From: Chiloscyllium plagiosum
Taxonomy: Eukaryota
Reading direction: 5' to 3'
Assembly (NCBI RefSeq): GCF_004010195.1
Contig: NC_057758.1
Location: forward strand, 3,711,428-3,775,427
DNA length: 64,000 bases
Of the stretch, positions 53,101 through 64,000 are shown piece after piece. The position numbers were made by a program, and so were the translations under genes. The first letter of the stretch is position 1, and each line of letters begins with the position of its first letter. Below the pieces are notes generated by a model, which searched no databases, was not told where the DNA came from, and was given only the letters and a program-made list of their open reading frames with translations.

Positions 53101-53720
53101 CCCGAAAGGCGTTGAGGATCTCGAGCTTTATTGGAGCTGCACTCATTCAGGCAAGTGAGGAGTGTTCTGTCGCATTTCTGACTTGTGCATATTCGATGAT
53201 GACTCACGACGACCTTATGCTCAATTCTCCTGCTCCAGATAGAACTGGAGACAGGGATAGACTAAAATATAAAAAGAATGTAGAGACACAGTGAGAGAGA
53301 GAGAAAGCGATAGAGAATAAAGGAGAGACACAGAGCGAGAGACAAAAGACAGAGAGAGAAATTGACAAAAAAGAGATGGACACGAGGGGATTCTGAAATT
53401 TGATATCAGCATAGCTGATGGCTTATTAGCAACTTGGTAAAAATGCTACAGTGCACATCAGGCCAAAATTGGAGGAGCACAGATATCTTGATATGGATTT
53501 CAGGTGGAGCAGCTAGGGAGCTCCGGAGCTCTGAAAGGAATTGTAAACGTGTCTGCACTTTACTCAAAATGTCTTCAGGTGGGAGTATGTAGATGCTCCC
53601 ACCTGAAGACATATGGTGTTTAAGAGAGCTCTTTGTTGGGACAGCGTTTCAGAATAATAGATATCTTATTTTAACACATGAAACTCAAGACAGTCTGCTG
53701 TGGTTAATCATCACCATGTA
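50150..53720 (+). pseudogene. Possible third ZP-module remnant (copy C)
   Basis: Weak ZP-N-like reading at ~50150-50430; splice-bounded block 51304-51468 (attaag|...|GTAAGA); ~51560-51746 (RQLVVILKY...LIQQQGDSES|GT). The block near 53685-53720 shares sequence with the terminal exon of copy A. Confidence 0.3.
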
Positions 53721-53729
53721 TTTTCGGAC

Positions 53730-55300
53730 TTACACAAAACAACACAAACACAAACACACACACTCACACACACACAGATACAGACACAGCCACGTGCACA
53801 TACACACACATCCATTCATACACACACACATACAAATATGAACACTACACGCAGAACGATACACACAAATACACACACAAGCACATATCCCCACACACAG
53901 CAACACACGCACACACATCCACAGGCAAATACACGCACCTACACACACACGCACTCTCACATACACACATACGCATTTACACACACAATCAAACAAACAC
54001 ACCCATCTACATACACAAATACACCCACACACACAATAAGGTACACCGACACACACACCCCGACATGCTTGCACACGCACTCATCCAACCACATGCACAC
54101 ACTCGCTTCCACATCTCCAGGTCCATACGCCTACATCCACACACAAACCCACACATGCGCACTTACATATACCGACACCCACACACCCACAACCTCTCTA
54201 ACACGCATACACACGCCCACACAAACTGACACAAACGCACACCCACAGACATGCACACACCCACAAACACACAGATGCACACCCACTCCCACACGCCCTG
54301 ACACACACACATTCACACACTCACACACAAACTACGATGCACACTCCCACACACGGACATTCGCATGTCCTCCCACCCAAACTCACAAAAACACACACAC
54401 AAATGTTTGGTACATTAAAATGATAGCTAAATCACTGAGGCTAGGTAGGATTGGAGACAAACGGTAAATTGGCTCTGAAGCCACATTTCTTTTCTTTCAG
54501 CACGACGATGCAAATATATTATTTTTATCTCTCTTACTCTCTCTCTCTTACACATTCTTATCGCTCTCAACCTCCCCCCCTCTCACTCTCACCCGCACGC
54601 GCAGTTTGATTTGCACTCCGGCTCAGTCGTAAACGCAACTGTCACAAACACAACCACATACATTTAGATACGCAATCTCTCCCACTTGGTCACAGACATA
54701 CATTTTCTCTCTCCCGCACTCACATGCCGATTCTTATTCTTCCTCACGCTTAAACATATTCTTTATCTATCGTTCCCCCACATACACATATGTACAGACG
54801 CACACAATCTCATGCAGACAATCATACGTGCACGGATATTATTTCTCTTATATCTCTCAAACGTATCCTTTCTCCCTCTTACACCGAAATACGTTCTTTA
54901 TCTTTCACTCTCTTACATATACACTCTTACACTTCCACTCACTACTTCATATTTGCAGAGACACGTTCTCTTACACACACCTGTATTGCCTTTCTCAAAT
55001 AAACATTCGCTCCCACTCTCATATACATGCTACCTAGCCCCACACACGTACGCACTGACACATTCAAAATCTTATGTCGACTAGCTCATACTTGCATTCG
55101 CGTACTCACATATGAATTGCTTCTCTATTACGAAGTACATCTGTCTCACATGCGCAAACATTCTCGGTGACACACACGCATCCTCTTGTGCACACAATCT
55201 CTCTGTCAAACACATTCTCTCTCACACGTAGTTACTCTCTGTTTCACACACAGATTCGCTCTCGCTGTCGCATACACACACATGTTCTGTCTTACACACA
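53730..55300. repeat. CA/CT-rich low-complexity tracts
   Basis: Degenerate (CA)n, then (CT/CA)n; source of the His/Thr-rich spurious ORFs. Confidence 0.85.
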
Positions 55301-58300
55301 GATTGGAAACATTGTCTTCCAATGGCATTAGTATTGCTGGCTTCTATACTGTCAACTTTCCAGGGTTAACTCATGATCAGAAATAAACTAAATCAATAAG
55401 GTGCTACAAGAGCAGATCAGAAACTGTGTACAATATAACAAGTAACTGACATGCTTACTCACTTTCCTCTCCACAGGCAAAGCCTGTCCACTATCGCGAA
55501 AGCATAATTGCAGAGTGTGATGGGAAACCTCCCAGCTTGTTTGAATGGATATGAATTCAACAGCACACGATAGGTTCGCCACAATACTGATTTAGAACTC
55601 TTGCCAATACAATCCATTTCTTTTTTCTACTGGTTATTGAATCCTCCACCATTTAACATGCTTGGAAGCTCGAATTGAAGAGGAGTTGAAGCGGTCACAC
55701 TGGTATCCAGGAACAACGCTGGTCATAGTGACCAATCTCACCAAAAATAGACATCGAGTCGTTTTTTCACTGATGTTTCCTTTTCAGAATTTGCATCACT
55801 AACATCAATTCAAATGCCTTATCAGTACTGTTAGACATCCTGAGACTACGTAAAATTCTTTTACTTCGTACATATCCCACCATTTTCTCTACCCACACGT
55901 TTCAAGCAGTCTGAAGGGTTTGGAACGATATGGGCCAGTTGCTGGAAGGAGGGACTAGTTGGGGTTGGGATATCTAGTCGGCATGGACGGGTTGGATCGA
56001 AGGGTATGTTTCCATGCTGTGCATCTCTCTGACTCTATGACTACGACTCTCTCTCTCTTTTATCTCTTTATCCCTGTCCATCTCTCCAGCAATTTTCAAC
56101 TTGATTCACTATTCCCTTTCGTTTGCTTGTCCCACACTGGCTTCCAGTATGTTCTTCCCAACTCTTAGCAACAAAAGTTAAAAATGTTGGTGCTGTAATC
56201 AGTGAAGTTTAGAAGAATGAGATGTCATCTTATTGAAACAAAAATAATTCTGCAGGAGCTTGACAGGGCAAAATCTTAGAGGATGTTTCCACTTCCTGGG
56301 AGAGTTTAGGAGCAGAAGACATAGTCTTAGAACAAAGACCCGCAACTTTAAGACTGAAATAAATTTTCTGCAATTTGCTCTGAGTGTTGAGAGACATTTG
56401 AACTCGTTGTGGTGCGGTGGGAGTGTGCGGGCAGAAACCTTTTACATATTTAAGACAGAGAAAGATAGGTTCTTCAACAATCGGGCAATCAAGAGAAATC
56501 TAGGTAGGAACGGAAAGCAGACGTGAGGAATTTCGGATCAGCCGTGTTCCTATTAAAATGTCGAGTGCTTTATTTCTAACAGGTGTATGGACTCCTCTTT
56601 CACTCATGCTATTTATCCATCTATTTCCTTCCCTTGCTCCATCTCCAGGGCTTCACTAGCGTCCAGGTGGTTAAATAATGGTAAATGTTAGCCGTTGTTT
56701 TGTTGTTAAATATTTTCCTCTGAAGATGAAGTGCCTGATCACGAGTGGCCTCCAGACTGGAACACATCAGCACAGTTGAAATGAACGAGCTGTCCCATAA
56801 TGTGAGCCTCGCAGTCTTTCTGTGTGGACAATACCAGATTCGCAAATGCAGAGTAACTAATTATCATCACCTTAAATCGTTCAGTGTCTGAAGTGAAGGA
56901 TGGAGATTGCTGCTGCGTTACATTATCTGCAAAGCAGACAAAGCTGCCAATCTGTGTCAATCACAGAGATTTTGACTGCTGTTCACGTGACTTCTGAAGT
57001 GGCTGAGGCGGGTACATTAACAACATTTAAAAGACAAATACTTAGAAATGAAAGCTTCAGAAGATTATCGGTGAAGTGCATGGAAATTGGGTTCACATGA
57101 AGGAAACATCCGGTCCGCGTCGACCAATTTGGGCCAACGGGCCTTTCTCCGTGCTGTAGGACTCTATGACTCATTGACGAGTGCTCAGCAAGTCCTTTCC
57201 ACCGTTAGCAGACCTTTCAATTCGCCTTGGCCTCAGTGCACACAGATATGAAGAACCCAAGATAGGGAAGGATACTGTTTGTCCTCTGCACAAAAGGGAG
57301 CGTTTTTCTGACTGTGGCATCCCTGGACAAAACCGGTGTCAATTGCATTGGAGACTTTGGAGCGGAGCCATGATGATAGTGTTGTGGGTATGAACAATCC
57401 TTTCATATATTAAAGTGAAACTGAGGACAAAAGCAGAATTTGCTTTTCGGAGTAATGCTGGGGAGGCTGTATAGTGCGTTTTGCAGACGGTACACATGCT
57501 ACCACCGCATGTCGGTGGTGGAGGGAGTGAATATTAATGGTGGTGTTTAGTGGTCCGTCTCGCAAGAGGCTGTTATTTTTTACTGGAAGAAGTTGAACTT
57601 CTTGAGTGTTTCTATCATACAGACAAGTAGGGAACATTTCATCACACCCCAGACAAGTGCCTTGCCAATAGTAACCAGGCTGCAGGAAATTGTGATGTGT
57701 GCAGCTCAGGAAATGACGTGCACACTGCAGAATTTTCAATCTCTGACTTGCTCTTATGGTTACTGCACAAATGTATCTGGGCCAGTCTGTTTCTGGTCGA
57801 TGATGAACCCAATAATCTTGACTCAATTATGGTTATAATATTGAACATCACGTGGTGATGATTAAAATCTCTCTCAATTAACACCCGCAGGATATGAACA
57901 GTGTGGATTCAATGATGGCGATGCCATTGAACATCAATGAATAATGGTTAAATTTTCTACTATTGGAGATAATTATTGCCCAGCATTTTTGTGATGTGAA
58001 TTTTACTAGCCAGTTTTCAGACCAAGCCTAAATATTGTACATGTGTGGTACTTTTGGACACAGATTGCTTCAGTATCTGAGGAGTCCCGAATGATGCTGT
58101 ACATTGTGCAATCATTGGCGAACACCCCTTTTTGATCTTATGATGGATGCAAGGGCATTGATGAAGCAGCTGAAGATGGTTGGCCTTGCACATCACTCTT
58201 GGTTACTCCCACAGAGACGTTCCTCGAAATGGTATTTTGGCCTTCAGAGCGAGAGGATTTAAGTACATTGGAGGGATGTCTTGCTGCGTTTGCACATGGC

Positions 58301-58329
58301 CTTGGTTGAATGGCATCTGCAATACCGCG

Positions 58330-59080
58330 GTTAACCGTTAAACTGGTGGGATCAACAGTTGACCCCAGCCCAAAAGCACTGATTTTACTACTGAACCGCC
58401 CGATCTATTCATGTGATGCCAGACCCACAGCACCTTTGTCTACATTGACCTGCTCTGGTTCTGCACGTGACTGTGGACCGAAAACACTGGTTATCACTGA
58501 CCTGCAGCGTCTTTACGTCGGATTGCAGTTGAATCCTGCACAAGAGCACTTGTCATTATCACTGATGTTCTGTGTCCCTGTACATGACTCCAGGCTCACA
58601 GGTTCGTGTTTGCCTCTGACCTGTCCTCTCTCTGCATGCAACAACTGACCAACTGCACTCTGCTTACCACTGGCCGCTATATATCACATGTAATTCCTGA
58701 CCAACAGTGTTGTGTTATCAATGACCATTCTGTCTCTGTTTGTGAATCTAGACCCAAAGAATGCGGTTAGCACTATCTTTGGCTTTCTCTATGCCTTACT
58801 CCAGACACACAGCACCATTGCTGCTAATTCCTTGCTCTATCGCTGCATGTTACTCCTGACCAACTGCACTCTGATTATCAGTGACCTCCACTTTGGATGC
58901 ATGTGACCCTAAACCCACTGTGGTTACCATTGTCTTGCTGTGTCTCTACATCGTATTGCAGGCCAACCACAGTCTGGCAATCACTGACCTGTTCTGTTTC
59001 TTCATGTTAGCCCAGTTTCAAAGAACTCTGTTTAACACTAACCTGCTACATCTTCTCACGCGACTCCAGACATAAAGCAC
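58330..59080. repeat. Degenerate ~52-bp minisatellite; the same family resumes at ~63650-63900
   Basis: Recurrent gactccagac.cacagcact...tatcactgacctg.tct motif. Confidence 0.6.
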
Positions 59081-59789
59081 TGCAATAAGAATGAGACGTT
59101 GATTTGTTTCAATTTCACTTACTTACCTAAGTACAGTAAAAAGCTTTGTTTAATCGCAGTAAAGCCAGAACATAGACAGCAAGGACATACAGTTCAGAGG
59201 GTGAGAATATAATTGAGGCATTTAGAGGTTATAGAGGGTGCACTAGGCAGTATCAATATTCGGATGATTTGAATTCCTTCATCATTCTGATAACGCGCGT
59301 CAAGCAGTATACTTTGCCTGAAGATGCTAGTGCATGTGTTTTCAGACTTCTGTATCTTCTCTCTAACGAAAGAGGTTGTAGGAGATCATCACTCGGGTTC
59401 GATGGGTCTTTGGTAATATTGGCAACGTTTCTGCGGCAGTAAGCTGCGTATATGTAGTCTTTGCATTGATGGCTGGCTTCCGTGAGGGTCTGGGATGTTC
59501 ACATCACCTTCTGTAGTTTCCTACGATCCTGGGAAGAGCAGTTGCTGTACCGGGACGTTAGCACTCGGGCATTCTGCTATCAGTGGTACATCGATACAAG
59601 TTGGTGAGAGTCCTAATGGGCATGCGAAACATGGAACAAGAGGCGGTTGTTGTGCCTTCTTGACCGTCACATCTACGTCGGAAACCCAGGAGATGATGTC
59701 ATTTGTCGTCGCTCTGATGAGCTTGATGCTCTCCACAATTTCACCTCACCTCCATTGACGTTGATCGAGTATGTTTTCTTCATTTCTTT

Positions 59790-62510
59790 CGAGAACAAGG
59801 AGCGAAGATAATTTACAGCCCAGGAATAGGCCCTTCGTTTCACCAATTCTGAGCCGATACTAGTGTCCTGTCTAATCATGTCGGTCAATTCCTAAGCATT
59901 TTTATCCCTCTGCTCCTTATATACTTATGCAACTGTCCAGACGCATCTTAACTTAATCTACCGTGCCTGCCTCTACCACCTCTGCTGGCAACGCGTTCCA
60001 AACGCCCACCACCCTCTGTGTGAAGTACTTGCCGCGTGTATCCCCCTTAAACTCGTCAACTCTCACCTTGTAAACATGATCTCTCTTTATTGAATCCTTC
60101 ACCCTGGGGAAAAAAAAACTTGTTTCAATCCACGCTGTCTATTCCCTTCATGATTTTATAAACCTCAATGAGGTCCCCACTCAGTCTCCTTTTTTCAAGT
60201 GAAAATAGACCTAATCTACTCAACCTCTCTTCATATATAGCACTCTCCAAACCAGATAACAATCTCGTAAACGTTCTGTGCACCCTCTCCAAAGCGTCCA
60301 CATCCTTTTGCTACTGTGGGGACCAGAACTGTACACAATATTCTAAATGCGTCAAAACCAATGTATTGTACAATTTTAAATGACTTGCCAGCTCTTATAC
60401 TCAATACCCCGTCCAATGAAGGAAAGCATACTGTATGCCTTCTTGACCACTCTATCCACCTGTGCAGCAACCTTCAGGGAACAATGGACCTTCACTCCCA
60501 GGTCTCTCTGCCCATCAACTTTTCCCAAGTCTCTTCCATTCATTGCATAATTCTGTCCAGAATTAAACTTGCCTAAATGCCTCACCTCACATTTGTCTGA
60601 ATTGAAAGGCATGTGCCACTTTTCCGCCCAACTCTCCAGTCTATCTGTGTTCTCCAGTATTCTCTGACAGTCCCTTATGCTTTCTGCTACTCCACCTATC
60701 TTTGTGTCATCTGCAAACTTGCTGATCATACCAACAGTGTCCTCTTCCAGATCATTTATGTATATTACAAACAACAATGGCCCCAGTACTCAACCCCGTG
60801 GAACACCACTGGTCACCTTTTTCATTTCGAGAAACTCCCTACAACTGCTACCCTCTGCTTCCTGTTGCTCAACCAGTTCTTTATCCACCTAGCGAGAACA
60901 ACTTGCACACCATGTGAATTCACATTCTCCATTAGTCTACAATGGGGAACCTTATCAAACACCTGACTAAAGTCCATGTATATGGTATCAACTGCCCTTC
61001 CTTCATCTAACAACTTGGTCAAGAAGAACTTTATTAAGTTGGTAAGGCACGATCTCGCCGCAATAAACCATGTTGCCTATCACTGATAAGCTCATTCTTT
61101 TCTAAATATAAGTAGATCCTATCTCTCAGTACTCTCTCCAGCAACTTCCCGACCACCAACGTCAGGCTCACTGGTATTTTGGAAGGACAAATAAGAATGT
61201 GGAATACAGGGTTAATGGTAGGGTTCTTAGTCAGGTGGAGGAACAGAGGGATCTTGGGGTCTATGTAGATCTTTGAAGGTTGCCACTCAGGTGGATAGAG
61301 TTTGTAAGAAGGCCTAAGGAGTATTATCGTTCATTAGCAGAGGGATTGAATTCAAGAGTCGTGAAGTGATGTTGCAGCTGTACAGGACTTTTGGGCCACC
61401 ACAGTTGGAGTACTGTGTGCAGTTCTGGTCGCCTCACTTTAGGAAAGATGTGGAAGCTTTGGAGAGGGTGCAGAGAAGATTTACCAGGATGTTGCCTGGA
61501 ATGGAGAGGAAGTCGTACGAGGATAGGTTGAGAGTTCTCGGCCTTTTCTCGTTGGAACGGCGAAGGATGAGGGGTGACTTGATAGAGGTTTATAAGATGA
61601 TCAGAGGAATAGATAGAGTAGACAGTCAGAAACTTTTTTTCCATGGGTACAACAGAGTGTTACAAGGGGACATAAATTTAAGGTGAAGGGTGGAAGGTAT
61701 AGGGGAGATGTCAGGGGTGGGTTCTTTACCCAGAGAGTGGTGGGGGCATGGAATGCGCTGCCCGTGGGAGTGGTAGAGTCGGAATCATTGGCGACCTTTA
61801 AGCGGCATTTGGATAGGTACATGGATGGCTACTTAATCTAGGTTAGAAGTTTGGCACAACATCGTGGGCCGAAGGGCCTGTTCTGTGCTGTATTGTTCTA
61901 TGTTTCTATGTTTCTGTGTTTCTATGTCTATGTTTCTATGTTTCTATCACTGATAAGCTCATTCTTTTCTAAATATAAGTAGATCCTGTCTCTCAGTACT
62001 CTCTCCAGCAACTTCCCGACCACCAACGTCAGGCTCACTGGTCTGTAGTTACCCGGAATATCCCTACTACCCTTCTTATACAGAGGGACAACATTAGCAA
62101 TCTTCCAGCCCTTCGGCACCTTACCTATATTTAAGGATGCCACAAAAATATCTGTCAGGGCACTGGCTATTTCCTCTCTCGCCTCCCTCAGCAAAATGGG
62201 ATAGATCCCATCTGGTCCTATGGATTTGTCCAACTGAATAACTTCTTGCATACCCAACACATCTTCCCTACTTATGCCAACGTGATTCAGACTAATCAAA
62301 CGTCTTCCTCTAATCTCAAGATTCAACATGTTCCTCTCCTTAGTGAACACTGATGCAAAGTAATCATTCAGAACCTCACCCATTCTTTCAGGTTCAGCAC
62401 ACAGCCTTCCTGCATTATCTTTTAGTGAACCAATCCTTTCATTAGTTAACCGCTTGCTTCTTATATAAGAATAAAATGCTTTGGGATTTTCCTTAATTCT
62501 GCTTGCTAAA
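59790..62510 (-). mobile_element. CR1-type LINE (RT region to 3' end), comparatively well preserved
   Basis: VPKGWKIANVVPLYKKGSRDIPGNYRPVSLT, YMDFSQVFDKVPH, FVIYINDL, SKFADDTKIGG. Confidence 0.92.
61176..61943 (+). mobile_element. Young 5'-truncated CR1-type LINE with (TTCTATGT)n tail, inserted into the minus-strand CR1
   Basis: LEYCVQFWSPHFRKDVEALERVQRRFTRMLPG...RMRGDLIEVYK; tandem tail ~61895-61945; flanked by a 99-bp direct repeat. Confidence 0.92.
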
Positions 62511-64000
62511 CTTCTGAAGTCAATGAACAGTTGTTTACTTTTGCCATAGTTGAGAGAGAGAGAGAAGATGTTATCACCACCTCACCAAGCCCTCTATCTC
62601 TTTTCTGAATTTGGACTCATCGTTGTCAGAGATCTGTCCTATCCCAGTAGTGTCGTTAGCAAACCTGCAGATTGCGTTCCTTTGGAATTACAAAGTCTAC
62701 GGCGTACAGAGAGTACAGTAGAGGGCTGAGGTTGCATCCCTGGTGAGCTCCAATATTGAATGTTAACGTCAACGAGGAGCTGTTGTCGATATTCGCTGAT
62801 TGAAGTCTGTCAGTCAGGACGTTGAGTATCCCGCACAATGAATGTGCTTTCTCAGTTACTGGGATGTTAGTGATCTTCTTGAAGCAGTTGTGGGCTTCGG
62901 CTTGTAGGAGGAGAGGTAGAAGATGTAATTGAATTGCTTCGCCAAATGGTCCACACAGGCCCAGAGTGCTTGAATGGGATCACCATCTGGGTCAATCACT
63001 TTCTTTGGTTAACTCTGAGGAAGACTGATCTGACTTCTCAATGGTGATGAAGAGAACAAATGCGTCTGGAGTCTTGGGGCAGGCATCACCATCGTGCTGA
63101 CATTGTGCTCAAACTGGGCTTAGAAACATTGTCGACGTCAAGAGGGACGTGTCTTTGTCGTCTTACTTGCTCTGTTTCTTTTTCTACACTGTAATGCAGC
63201 TTAGTAATTACCACAGGCGTCTGGAGACTATTTGGCTCACTTGGGCCTCTAATGTGATCTGGTACTGAATGACAGCAACCCTGCTGGCTTTGCAGGGGTC
63301 ATTGCTGGACATCCTGTGTAGGTGTATGTCATGGGGCCTCAATACTGATCTTCACTCAGAAGTGGATTTCCTGGTTCAGCGAAGGTTTCCGACGGGAGAA
63401 CAACTGGATTGACATATTTTGCTGCACAGTCCTCCAAACATTTGCCCATTGAAGTCCATGGCGGTGGCTGCTTCTGGTCTCGGATTTTCGCCGATTTCTT
63501 GAATGCAGACCCGACCACCGATTCCAAGAACTCCAGGAGATGGTTTTCGACTGCTTCAGACCAGGTTCCTCCTTCACAAAATCGTTTCAGCTTGTGCTTG
63601 AAAACTGGGAGGAGGAACACAGTGGTGTTAAGTGGGGGTATGGAGAGGTAGGTTGACTCTACATAGAATTCCAAACTCACAGCACTGTCTTTACTGCTGA
63701 CCTGCTCTGTACATATATGTGACTCCATGCTGGCAACATGATGGTTCATATTAACCTGCTCTGTCCTACATGGGATTCCAGAGCTACAGTAATGAGGGGG
63801 ACAGTGATATGCTCTGTGCCTGCGTGTAACTCCATACCCACTTCACAACATTTTAGTTTGACTTGCTCTGACCTTAACATGTGACCACAGAACCACTTCA
63901 GACAGTTCTGAGCAAGGGTAATTCAACCTGAAAAGTTAACTTGACTTCTCTCCACAGATGCTGCAGAATCCGTTGAGCTTCTCCAGTCATTTATGTGTTC

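Larger units (their letters stand above)
59280..63640 (-). mobile_element. Rex1/Babar-type non-LTR retrotransposon remnant split by CR1 insertions (pieces ~59280-59790 and ~62511-63640)
   Basis: IGAHQGCNLSPLLYSLY; INGGEVK; ISWVSDVDVTVKKAQQ; the RT sequence is continuous across the 59790/62511 junction. Confidence 0.7.

Noticed and set aside
53700..54467. 255-aa His/Thr-rich ORF
   Set aside because: It is a translation of a (CA)n-like tract.

Overview
This is eukaryotic, repeat-rich vertebrate DNA, most likely from a cartilaginous fish (inferred from HE1/V-SINE, CR1-type LINE, Penelope and Deu-SINE-like content), with two N-gaps. I can support one intact protein-coding gene: a two-exon, 322-aa GPR139/GPR142-like class A GPCR on the minus strand (41881-43159). 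It has a TATA box and a 118-bp inverted repeat just upstream. Manual translation across frameshifts and stops suggests a decayed cluster of alpha-tectorin/uromodulin-like (NIDO-D8C-EGF-ZP) genes that the ORF track does not reveal: copy A (minus, about 263-15100), copy B (plus, about 22885-38600, head-to-head with A) and a partial ZP copy C (plus, about 50150-53720). These domain calls rest on motif resemblance to TECTA/UMOD recalled from memory and need profile-search confirmation. The remainder is a 5.8-kb 33-bp satellite resembling part of a Deu-domain SINE, several ~51-bp minisatellites, CA/GA low-complexity tracts, and many retroelement fragments. These include a nested Rex1>CR1>CR1 stack with a 99-bp flanking duplication. 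No CRISPR array, rRNA or tRNA gene was recognised.
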